This document shows positions 8,931-18,975 of a stretch of 30,048 bases of DNA, one piece after another (position 1 is the first letter of the stretch; the number at the start of each line of letters is the position of its first letter). The notes beneath the pieces are model-generated. The model was not told the DNA's origin and searched no databases. It saw only the letters and a list, made by a program, of their open reading frames with translations. Source of the DNA: Patescibacteria group bacterium (GTDB lineage: Bacteria; Patescibacteriota; Microgenomatia; UBA1406; GWC2-37-13); NCBI GenBank assembly GCA_040881235.1, contig JBBEDP010000040.1:1-30048 (forward strand). The letters are read 5' to 3'. The translations under genes and the position numbers were made by a program.

Positions 8931-9569
8931 CTATTTGTTTGTAGCTGTTGGAGGTTGAGCTGGTACGATATCCCTTGTTGCTATTTTTGTACCTGTAGAG
9001 TCACTGTATCTTACATCTCCTTGGTCATTGAAACCAGCAAAAGTAACTATCTTTCGACTTTGAGTTATATGATTTGCAGTCTGACCACTTAAACTTAAAA
9101 AAACATCTTTTTGCAATCCTAAGTGATCTCCGTCAACCCAAGCCCACAAATCTCCATTTGGATCATTTGGGTCAACGTTGTCACCTTTAATTACCACGGC
9201 GTTTTCAATATTAAAATGTGCTCCAGGTTTGAATTCCACAGCTATATTTCCAACAACACCATCGCCTGTGTTCTTAACTGTTGGTGTGTATCTGCCGTTA
9301 AGAATGCCGTTTTGCACATCAATCTCTATATCAGCAAGTTGTATTTCTCCTCCAGGTCTTAATTGATTTTTAATTTGTTCTTCCCAGTGGTTGACACCAG
9401 CAGATTCGTGGAGGCTGTGTGTTTGATATGGCGTTCCATGGGGTTGATCATAATGATTTTTCAGTTGACCTACAGCAATTCCACCCATTGTTAAAGCCGC
9501 TGCCGTAGTAAATGCAATTGCTTTCTTCTTTAATTTGCCAGGAGGCCTATCGTTACTAATTTCGTTCAT
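8931..9569 (-). CDS. Hypothetical membrane-anchored/exported protein, possible SH3-like domain
   Basis: 212 aa with its own promoter and an N-terminal KKK + hydrophobic segment. LNGRYTPTV...DLWAWV loosely resembles bacterial SH3 motifs (weak). Confidence 0.6.
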   Translation of the reverse strand: MNEISNDRPPGKLKKKAIAFTTAAALTMGGIAVGQLKNHYDQPHGTPYQTHSLHESAGVNHWEEQIKNQLRPGGEIQLADIEIDVQNGILNGRYTPTVKNTGDGVVGNIAVEFKPGAHFNIENAVVIKGDNVDPNDPNGDLWAWVDGDHLGLQKDVFLSLSGQTANHITQSRKIVTFAGFNDQGDVRYSDSTGTKIATRDIVPAQPPTATNK

Positions 9570-9575
9570 AAATAA

Positions 9576-9604
9576 AATTTAGCCTATAATCTTAATCTTG
9601 TCAA
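9576..9604 (-). promoter_or_regulatory. Sigma70 promoter predicted to start at the ATG of 8931-9569
   Basis: TTGACA(9599-9604)-17 bp-TAAATT(9576-9581)-6 nt-ATG(9569). Confidence 0.6.
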
Positions 9605-9613
9605 GGAGCACAT

Positions 9614-9685
9614 TGTAACGTGGAACTTGAAACGTAAAACCTGTAGGTTTACTCACAGGTTACAAGTTATACGTTCTAAGTTACA
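9614..9685. repeat. Inverted pair of heptamer arrays forming an imperfect palindrome
   Basis: Left arm taacgtg gaacttg aaacgta aaacctg; right arm caggtta caagtta tacgttc taagtta. Arms 9614-9645 and 9654-9685 are complementary at 23 of 32 positions (hand count). Confidence 0.85.
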
Positions 9686-9695
9686 CAAATCCTGC

Positions 9696-9725
9696 TTGAC
9701 AAACGCAATATCTTTATTATAAGCT
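9696..9725 (+). promoter_or_regulatory. Candidate sigma70 promoter for 9770-10453
   Basis: TTGACA(9696-9701) with TATAAG(9718-9723) or TAAGCT(9720-9725). A second -10-like TACACT is at 9757-9762. Confidence 0.45.
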
Positions 9726-9769
9726 AAAAGTATTATCAATTTTAATCGTATTAATATACACTATAAGAT

Positions 9770-10453
9770 ATGGTAGAAGGAAGTCCAGTAACAGATGGTA
9801 GGGTAATGCCTAAAATAGAAGGCAAGGATAGAATAGAGGATCCGTTTGTGATTGAAATTAGAGATGCGTTTAAGAAATTAAAGCTCCCATTTGATCCGCT
9901 AAGGCCTAATATAGGCGCTGAAAACAGAATAGTTAGAAATGCTGGAATAGTAGTTGGTCAGTTTAGAAGCAGATATTTTGAATCAAAAATTGACATTGAA
10001 AAAAGAAAGTTAAAAAAAGAGTGGTTAGAAGGTAAGGCGTCTAGCGGAACATTAACGGAAAAAGATATTGACCAATTTCTAGGATTAAAAACAAAAGAAA
10101 ATCGTTATGCTAGATTATTGGATGGAAAGTTGAGCAGAGAAGAAACAACAGCTTTTCTTGAAGAGATGCAAGAACAGATACCAAGAACACTCAGAATAGT
10201 TCCTGGTTTGCATGAGGTACTAGGTGATAGTCCAAAGCTATCAATAGGAGAATTAATTGCCCTTTCTTCTATCCATAAGGATCAAAAAGAAAAAGTATTA
10301 GAGAATGCTCTTTCGTATTTAATGCACAGTGAAGGCGTAGGCTCCTTGGTATTAGAAGAGCTTAGTGATTATTTATTAAAATTAGAAAGTGGTATATACG
10401 AGGCTGTTTTCAATGACAAACACGTGACTCCTCTAAGCAACGGCTTTGTATAA
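9770..10453 (+). CDS. Hypothetical protein
   Basis: 227-aa charged, helical-looking ORF with promoter-like elements upstream; no family recognised. Confidence 0.6.
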   Translation: MVEGSPVTDGRVMPKIEGKDRIEDPFVIEIRDAFKKLKLPFDPLRPNIGAENRIVRNAGIVVGQFRSRYFESKIDIEKRKLKKEWLEGKASSGTLTEKDIDQFLGLKTKENRYARLLDGKLSREETTAFLEEMQEQIPRTLRIVPGLHEVLGDSPKLSIGELIALSSIHKDQKEKVLENALSYLMHSEGVGSLVLEELSDYLLKLESGIYEAVFNDKHVTPLSNGFV

Positions 10454-10960
10454 ATTATTTTCACCATTAATTTTTTTGAATTTACTTAAATATTTATACT
10501 TGTAAAAATAAGATAAGATTTTTGAGTTTGGGGCTTCTTTTTTTATTTTTTTATATACGATTTGAAGATATTTTGGTGAAAGATATAGATAAAAGACTGC
10601 GTTTTTGAATCTTTTCAGGCTCATTTTTGTAAAATCATCTCTTAGGATGTAAATATTTTTCCTGTTTTTATGAAAGAGTCTCTTTAAGTTCATAATTAAA
10701 ACAAGTATAGGATTTATCTCAACAGCATAAAATTTGTTCTTTAAACTGTTGTCATATGCATATTTGGCAGCTTCAAAAATCACAATTCCATCACCTGCAC
10801 CAAGATCAACAACCGCTTTATTGTTTTTTAAATCCAAGGCTTTAATAATCAAAGGAATATCTTTTTTATTAGTCGGGAAGTAGGGGACAGGTGAGTGTTT
10901 TCTTGAAACAAATATTAATAATATAAAAAAAACAAAGATAATCGTTCCTAGAATCAGCAT
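10433..10960 (-). CDS. Class I SAM-dependent methyltransferase with N-terminal TM anchor (FAM173-like small methyltransferase)
   Basis: TM helix, then PYFPT, motif I VVDLGAGDG, AVEINP and DDF...VFYLYL. Confidence 0.8.
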   Translation of the reverse strand: MLILGTIIFVFFILLIFVSRKHSPVPYFPTNKKDIPLIIKALDLKNNKAVVDLGAGDGIVIFEAAKYAYDNSLKNKFYAVEINPILVLIMNLKRLFHKNRKNIYILRDDFTKMSLKRFKNAVFYLYLSPKYLQIVYKKIKKEAPNSKILSYFYKYKYLSKFKKINGENNLYKAVA

Positions 10961-10977
10961 ATTTTATTTTACATCAA

Positions 10978-11006
10978 TTGCAATTTTTAAAAATTCTAGT
11001 TATTAT
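10978..11006 (+). promoter_or_regulatory. Sigma70 promoter for purB-purA, predicted leaderless
   Basis: TTGCAA(10978-10983)-17 bp-TATTAT(11001-11006)-6 nt-GTG(11013). Confidence 0.6.
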
Positions 11007-11012
11007 ATCTGC

Positions 11013-13615
<2,603 letters not shown>

Positions 13616-13616
13616 G

Positions 13617-13700
13617 TGCCGGGGGAGAGACTCGAACTCTCATGATGTTGCCATCATAGGTTTTTGAGACCTACGCGTCTGCCAGTTCCGCCACCCCGGC
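13617..13700 (-). tRNA. tRNA-Leu(CAA)
   Basis: Reverse complement GCCGGGGTGGCGGAACTGGCAGACGCGTAGGTCTCAAAAACCTATGATGGCAACATCATGAGAGTTCGAGTCTCTCCCCCGGCA: acceptor stem, anticodon loop CT-CAA-AA, long variable arm, TTCGA loop. CCA is not encoded. Confidence 0.97.
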
Positions 13701-13715
13701 TAAAATAACAGCTTA

Positions 13716-13724
13716 ATTATAGCA
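13716..13724 (-). promoter_or_regulatory. Extended -10 promoter for tRNA-Leu
   Basis: Minus strand TGcTATAAT (13716-13724), 15 nt upstream of the tRNA 5' end. Confidence 0.6.
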
Positions 13725-13860
13725 TTGATAAATTTTGAGTGCTTCTATCAAAAAAACCTCGATACCATTTATTTGCTTAGTGAGAGCAATCGGCTATTTA
13801 AAATGTTAATCACTTCTCAATGTGCAAAGTAAATTAGTATCTTCGGTTTTTTCATTGTTT

Positions 13861-13884
13861 CACGTTTCAAGTTTTAAGTTACAC
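13861..13884 (+). repeat. Heptamer array of the same family as 8673-8707 and 9614-9685
   Basis: cacgttt caagttt taagtta cac; the terminal TAAGTTACAC is identical to 9677-9686. Confidence 0.75.
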
Positions 13885-13898
13885 TTCCTTTTTCCCTC

Positions 13899-13928
13899 TT
13901 GATTTTATGTTGTTGAATAAATTACAAT
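13899..13928 (+). promoter_or_regulatory. Sigma70 promoter for the NIF3-like/CBS operon
   Basis: TTGATT(13899-13904)-18 bp-TACAAT(13923-13928)-8 nt-ATG. Confidence 0.5.
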
Positions 13929-13936
13929 AGCAAAGC

Positions 13937-14890
13937 ATGACACTTCAGCAAATATATGAACTAGCGGTAAAAATGGGCATGGAATCTGACCCAAGAGGAC
14001 TTAAAGAGGTAAAAAATCAGCTTCAAAAAACAATAGAAAAGCATAAAAAACTAAGTGACAAGGATAAAAAATATTTTGACTTGGAAAACCTACAAAATCC
14101 TTATTCAGACTCGAGAATTTTGTATGGAAGTCCAAAAAAAGAGATTAAAAAAGTTCTTGCAGGAATTGACGCTCAAGCATCAGAAGTACTTCTTACTGAT
14201 AGATTAAATCAAAAAGGAGAAAAAATTGATGCTTTAATTTCTCATCATCCCAGCGGTCACGCACTTGCTGGCATGCACGAGGTAATAGATATCCAAGTTG
14301 ACATGTTTGCTAAAGCTGGAGTTCCTGAGAACGTCGCTCATTCTTTGTTTGATACAAGAAAAGCCATGGTGCAAAGGAGATTTAAACCACTTAATCACTC
14401 ACAAACAGTTGACGCTGCAAAACTTTTGGATATTCCACTTTTGGCGCTACATACGGTTTGGGATAATTTAGGAAATAAATTCTTACAGGATTATATAGGA
14501 GACCAAAAATATGATAGCGTAGGGGATTTATTAGATCATATAAATGAAATACCTGAGTTTATAGAGGCAATTAAAGGTAAGGCTGCTCCAAGCGTAGTTG
14601 TTGGATCAAAAAATAGAAGGACGGGAAGGATAATTGTTGGATTTACTGGAGGAACAAATCCGTCAAAGGAGCTTTATATACAACTTGCAAAAGCAGGTGT
14701 AGGAACTTTAGTCGAAATGCATATTCCTGAAGAAGTTATTGCAGATCTAAATAAATTACACATAAATGTGATAGATGCCGGGCATATGGCAGCAGACTCT
14801 ATTGGCGCAAATCTATATTTAGACGAGCTTGAAAGAAAAGGAATAGAAGTCGTTCCTTGCTCTGGACTGATTAGAGTAAAAAGAAAGTAA
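13937..14890 (+). CDS. NIF3-like (NGG1p-interacting factor) dinuclear metal protein
   Basis: YSDSRIL, VLAGID, LISHHPSGH, LHTVWDN, EMHI and DAGHMAADSIGAN metal-ligand motifs. Confidence 0.85.
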   Translation: MTLQQIYELAVKMGMESDPRGLKEVKNQLQKTIEKHKKLSDKDKKYFDLENLQNPYSDSRILYGSPKKEIKKVLAGIDAQASEVLLTDRLNQKGEKIDALISHHPSGHALAGMHEVIDIQVDMFAKAGVPENVAHSLFDTRKAMVQRRFKPLNHSQTVDAAKLLDIPLLALHTVWDNLGNKFLQDYIGDQKYDSVGDLLDHINEIPEFIEAIKGKAAPSVVVGSKNRRTGRIIVGFTGGTNPSKELYIQLAKAGVGTLVEMHIPEEVIADLNKLHINVIDAGHMAADSIGANLYLDELERKGIEVVPCSGLIRVKRK

Positions 14891-14904
14891 TCTTAACCTA
14901 AAAG

Positions 14905-15843
14905 ATGCAGTTAACAAACCTGATAAAGGTAAAAAACATCATTAAGATATCGCCAGATATCACGCTTTCTAAAGCCTTATCTAGCCTCTCATCATCTCAT
15001 GACTCAGCTTTTGTATTTGATGAAAATAAAAAATATATTGGAATAATTAATCCTTATTATTGCTTAATTAGGAGTTCTCATCCAGGAAACTCAAAAGTTG
15101 AAAATTGTTTATTTCATCCCCCAAGAGTAAATATGAATTATTCTGTTGGGAAAATCGCTCAATTAATGATTGAATCAAAAATTCATTATCTACCTGCCTT
15201 TAATGAAAAAAAGGAATTTATAGGGATTGTTTCCGCAAGGCATATACTGACTATCCTACAAGATTCAAAGGCCTTTGATCTTAAAATTAAAGACTATTTA
15301 AAGCTAAAAAAGGCGCCGTTAATAACGATTTACGAGGATGATTTAGTTACTGAAGCATTGAGATCTTTTAAAAAACATAAAGTTTCAAAATTGATTGTTA
15401 TAGATAAAAATATGAAACTTAAAGGAATTATCGCCCACTACGATCTTATAAATTATTTAGTTAGTCCAAGAGAAAAAAAACATAAAGGAGATAAAAAAGG
15501 ATCGAGAACTGATAGTTTCAAACATAGCAGAATAATAAACTTTACTCAAAAATATGTATTGACCCTTAATCCAAATAACACATTAAAGCAAGCGCTTGAC
15601 ATGATAATTGAAAAATCAATTGGTAGTGTTGTAATAACTGATAATAGTGGAAATCCAATAGGAATAATTACTACCAGAGATTTTCTGAGTCTTTTAAATC
15701 AAGCAACAAAACGTATTAAAATTGAAGAGATGGTGAAAAATCTCACATTAGAAAGTAGTCGCGCAGTTCGCGGCTTTTTTATTAAGCTGTCCGAATGGTC
15801 AAGAAGAATACCAAACATCTCAAAATTTAAGCTTTTTTTCTAA
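14905..15843 (+). CDS. Four-CBS-domain protein with a short, possibly truncated C-terminal domain
   Basis: Four CBS repeats ending YIGII, FIGIVSARHIL, LKGIIAHYDLI and PIGIITTRDFL, then about 45 further residues before the stop inside the convergent gene. Confidence 0.85.
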   Translation: MQLTNLIKVKNIIKISPDITLSKALSSLSSSHDSAFVFDENKKYIGIINPYYCLIRSSHPGNSKVENCLFHPPRVNMNYSVGKIAQLMIESKIHYLPAFNEKKEFIGIVSARHILTILQDSKAFDLKIKDYLKLKKAPLITIYEDDLVTEALRSFKKHKVSKLIVIDKNMKLKGIIAHYDLINYLVSPREKKHKGDKKGSRTDSFKHSRIINFTQKYVLTLNPNNTLKQALDMIIEKSIGSVVITDNSGNPIGIITTRDFLSLLNQATKRIKIEEMVKNLTLESSRAVRGFFIKLSEWSRRIPNISKFKLFF

Positions 15844-16395
15844 ATAATCAATAACTTGATTTAAAGATCGGAATTTATTTGGAAATAAAATTGTTTGGTC
15901 TAAAAAATTAGTAATCCAAAGTATCGTAAGAGCCTTTCTTTTCTTTTCTGAAAGCAATTGAACAATATCCCAATTATCATCAACAAAAACGTCAAGGTTA
16001 TACTTTTTAATCATATCTTCTTTAAATTTATGTGGTTGTTTATTATTTTTGTTATATAAAACTTTTGTAAATACAGATTTGGCGTCTAGTTTATCAGTCC
16101 AGTCTATAAAATCTGATTTTAAAGAGCTATATCTCCCAGTTATTAAATATGCTTTAATTTTTTTATTTTTAACCAGATTAATGAGTCTTTTATAACCGTA
16201 TGCAGGTTTAAAACTTGTTTTATGAAGTAAAAACCAAAATAGTTTTTCAACGCTACTTTGTGGAATATAGAAATGGCTTTTTGGCTTATGAATAAAAAGT
16301 TTTCTAAATAATGCGAGTATAGGCCTTGCTACTCTTGCTGGGTTGTATAGAATTACACCATCAAGGTCAAATCCAACTTTTAGTTCTTTTTTCAT
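15820..16395 (-). CDS. HAD-superfamily hydrolase, 5'(3')-deoxyribonucleotidase-like
   Basis: Motif I GFDLDGV, motif II LITGR, KQPHKFK and motif IV VFVDDN. Confidence 0.82.
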   Translation of the reverse strand: MKKELKVGFDLDGVILYNPARVARPILALFRKLFIHKPKSHFYIPQSSVEKLFWFLLHKTSFKPAYGYKRLINLVKNKKIKAYLITGRYSSLKSDFIDWTDKLDAKSVFTKVLYNKNNKQPHKFKEDMIKKYNLDVFVDDNWDIVQLLSEKKRKALTILWITNFLDQTILFPNKFRSLNQVIDYLEKKLKF

Positions 16396-16440
16396 TAAAA
16401 CTTATTTATTTTAGCATAATCGTTTATAATATTTTGTCGT

Positions 16441-17481
16441 ATGAAAATTGCAATTACTGGTGCCGCTGGTTTTTTAGGACTACATCTTGCTGGGCGATTT
16501 TTTAATAAAAGCAATGAGTTAGCGCTTTGTGATATTCAACCATTTGATAAGAAAGAGTATCCAAAATCAAAATTTATTAAAGGTGATGTAAGAGATAGGC
16601 GAGATATGGATCTTTTTACTAAAGATCAGGATATTTTAATACACGCTGCCGCAGCGCTTCCTCTTTGGAAAGAGCGAGATATTTTTGAAGTAAATGTAAA
16701 CGGGACTAAGAACCTTTTGGAAAATTGCTTAAAAAATAAGGTATCGCACTTTATATATATATCATCAACAGCTGTTTACGGGGTTCCAAAGAAGCACCCA
16801 GTTTATGAGACAGATCCATTAGTTGGGGTTGGCGCTTATGGCGAGAGTAAGATACAAGCAGAGAAATTATGCGAAGAGTACAGAAAAAAAGGCCTGTTAG
16901 TTACTGTTATTAGGCCTAAAACATTCATCGGTACCCATAGACTTGGAGTCTTTGAGATTTTGTTCGACTGGATAAAAGACGGAAAGAAAATACCAGTGAT
17001 AGGATCAGGTAACAATCGTTATCAATTATTAGACGTTGATGACTTAACTGAAGCAATTTTTAGAATAGCTAATTTTAAAGACAAAAAAAAGATAAATACA
17101 GTGTTTAATATCGGAGCTAAAAATTTTAACTCTGTAAAAGAAGACTTAATCAAATTATTTGAGTATGCAAATTCAGGATCAAAAATACTTTCTACACCTG
17201 CAATGCCAATAAAAGCAGCTCTATTTATTTTGGAAAAGCTAAAACTTTCACCTCTTTATAAATGGATTTATGCGACTGCAGATAAAGACTCATATGTTTC
17301 GATTAAACGTTTGACTGATACGTTAAAATGGGTACCAAAATATTCGAATGCGCAAAGTTTAATTAAATCATATAAATGGTATATCAATAACTATAAAGAA
17401 ATTAAATCTAGACCTGCAGGCACAACTCATACAGTAGGCTGGAAACAGGGGATATTAAGGATTTTTAAAAAGTTCCTCTAA
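16441..17481 (+). CDS. NAD-dependent epimerase/dehydratase (extended SDR, 3-beta-HSD-like)
   Basis: ITGAAGFLG, HAAA, VNVNGTKNLL, ISSTAVYG and YGESK catalytic YxxxK; TATAAT at 16425-16430. Confidence 0.92.
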   Translation: MKIAITGAAGFLGLHLAGRFFNKSNELALCDIQPFDKKEYPKSKFIKGDVRDRRDMDLFTKDQDILIHAAAALPLWKERDIFEVNVNGTKNLLENCLKNKVSHFIYISSTAVYGVPKKHPVYETDPLVGVGAYGESKIQAEKLCEEYRKKGLLVTVIRPKTFIGTHRLGVFEILFDWIKDGKKIPVIGSGNNRYQLLDVDDLTEAIFRIANFKDKKKINTVFNIGAKNFNSVKEDLIKLFEYANSGSKILSTPAMPIKAALFILEKLKLSPLYKWIYATADKDSYVSIKRLTDTLKWVPKYSNAQSLIKSYKWYINNYKEIKSRPAGTTHTVGWKQGILRIFKKFL

Positions 17482-17484
17482 ACT

Positions 17485-18975
17485 TCAAAGCTGATAAATT
17501 ATGGCAATTAGACGACTATCATCGTAAACAAAATATTCTTTGCCTTTTGGAGAAAGGTATTTTATCTGTGTAATATAGGGAATGTAGTCGCCCATAAGAA
17601 CATAAATATTTTTATCGGAGGAATCTCTTAAATTAAAATTACCGAATTCTATAGATCTATCTACACAGTTTAAATTAGGCAATAAAAATTGAATTGTTTC
17701 ATAATTACAACTCCATCTATCGGAAAAAAATAAGACTTGACTTTGTGAAACATAAACGCTTTTTAATTTTATAATTGTTTCTTTTAAATCATATGCATAA
17801 ACCCATTTTATTAATGGGGAATGAGGAAATTTAAAAAAATAGGTTTGAAAATTAATAAAAGAACTAATAATTACAACTAGAGATATAAGTATTGGGAATA
17901 ACTTATTTTGTTTTATTAGAAAAGAAATAGCATTCCCAGCAAAAAAATAGAGATAGGGCATGATTAAAATAATTCTTCTATAAGTACCGCCGAATGTTAA
18001 AAAAGAGCTTAAAAGAAATATAATTAAGGAAAACAAAAGAAAAGCTTTGCTTAAATTTAGGTTTTTAAATAATAAAATGCTTCCTAGTCCAAATAAGATA
18101 AGATCAACTAAGTGGAAGCTATAAAAATCTCCAAATCCATCGGCATAGTCAAAAACATCTCCTTTAAAAAAAGAGTTGATTTTATTAAAACCATTTTGAA
18201 TTATCAAATATGCTTTTTGATTAAACGAATTTATGTCTTTAATTTCAGCTTTGTTCAAAATAGAAATAGTTTTATGATGGGAAAAATAGAAATCTGGTTG
18301 TGTTATAACTATTTTCAGTAGTGGTAGACTAATAATTATGAATGTAAATACAAAAAGTATTAATCTCTTAATTTCTATATGGTGAAATTTATTAGATAGT
18401 ACATCAAAAACCAAAAGTAAGATTATGGTCATAGGAAAGAGAATAAATGCGTTATATGTATACATACCTAAACCAGCAAAAACCGCAGCAATAAAAATTA
18501 AATAATGCTTTTTTGTATTTCGCCCTATTAAAATAAATACTAGAGTAGCAATTTGAAAAAATAAAGCTGTTGTTAACATAAAACCTGTTCTTGAATAGTG
18601 CAAGTAAATGAGAGAAAAGCTAAACGCAAATGCTGTTAAAAATGAAGGAAGTTTGGTAAAAAAAAGTCTTAAAAAAATATAAAAAAATGAAACAGTACCT
18701 ATAGAAAAAATACTCACTGTTAGTCTTATTGAAGAAACTGATTCACCAAAAAGTTTAAAAAAAATTGGTGTTATATATGCGAGGCCAATAGGGTTGCCAA
18801 GCGCATCTCCTGAAAAAACTCCAATGTATCCATTTTGAATAATTTCTCTGGCCCAAAGACCAAGCCACGCCTCGTCTCCGTGAAGCCCAGTGGGAATCTT
18901 TTCTAAAAAAATAAATCGTGTAATTGCGGTTAAAGTAATTAGTAAAAGAATAATTAGAAAGTCTTTTTTTATCAT
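17485..18975 (-). CDS. ArnT/PMT-like GT-C glycosyltransferase
   Basis: PTGLHGDEAW after TM1, SIRLTVSIFS, HYSRTG, AGLGMYTY and multiple TM helices. Confidence 0.82.
   Translation of the reverse strand: MIKKDFLIILLLITLTAITRFIFLEKIPTGLHGDEAWLGLWAREIIQNGYIGVFSGDALGNPIGLAYITPIFFKLFGESVSSIRLTVSIFSIGTVSFFYIFLRLFFTKLPSFLTAFAFSFSLIYLHYSRTGFMLTTALFFQIATLVFILIGRNTKKHYLIFIAAVFAGLGMYTYNAFILFPMTIILLLVFDVLSNKFHHIEIKRLILFVFTFIIISLPLLKIVITQPDFYFSHHKTISILNKAEIKDINSFNQKAYLIIQNGFNKINSFFKGDVFDYADGFGDFYSFHLVDLILFGLGSILLFKNLNLSKAFLLFSLIIFLLSSFLTFGGTYRRIILIMPYLYFFAGNAISFLIKQNKLFPILISLVVIISSFINFQTYFFKFPHSPLIKWVYAYDLKETIIKLKSVYVSQSQVLFFSDRWSCNYETIQFLLPNLNCVDRSIEFGNFNLRDSSDKNIYVLMGDYIPYITQIKYLSPKGKEYFVYDDSRLIAIIYQL

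Noticed and set aside
7302-9366. Short ORFs 7302-7505, 7333-7515, 7721-7963, 8482-8670, 9123-9362 and 9178-9366
   Set aside because: Antisense shadows of better-supported genes.
15825-15870. Programmed frameshift or sequencing error at the T7 run extending the CBS protein
   Set aside because: Both alternative frames stop within a few codons, and the downstream DNA is an intact HAD gene on the other strand.
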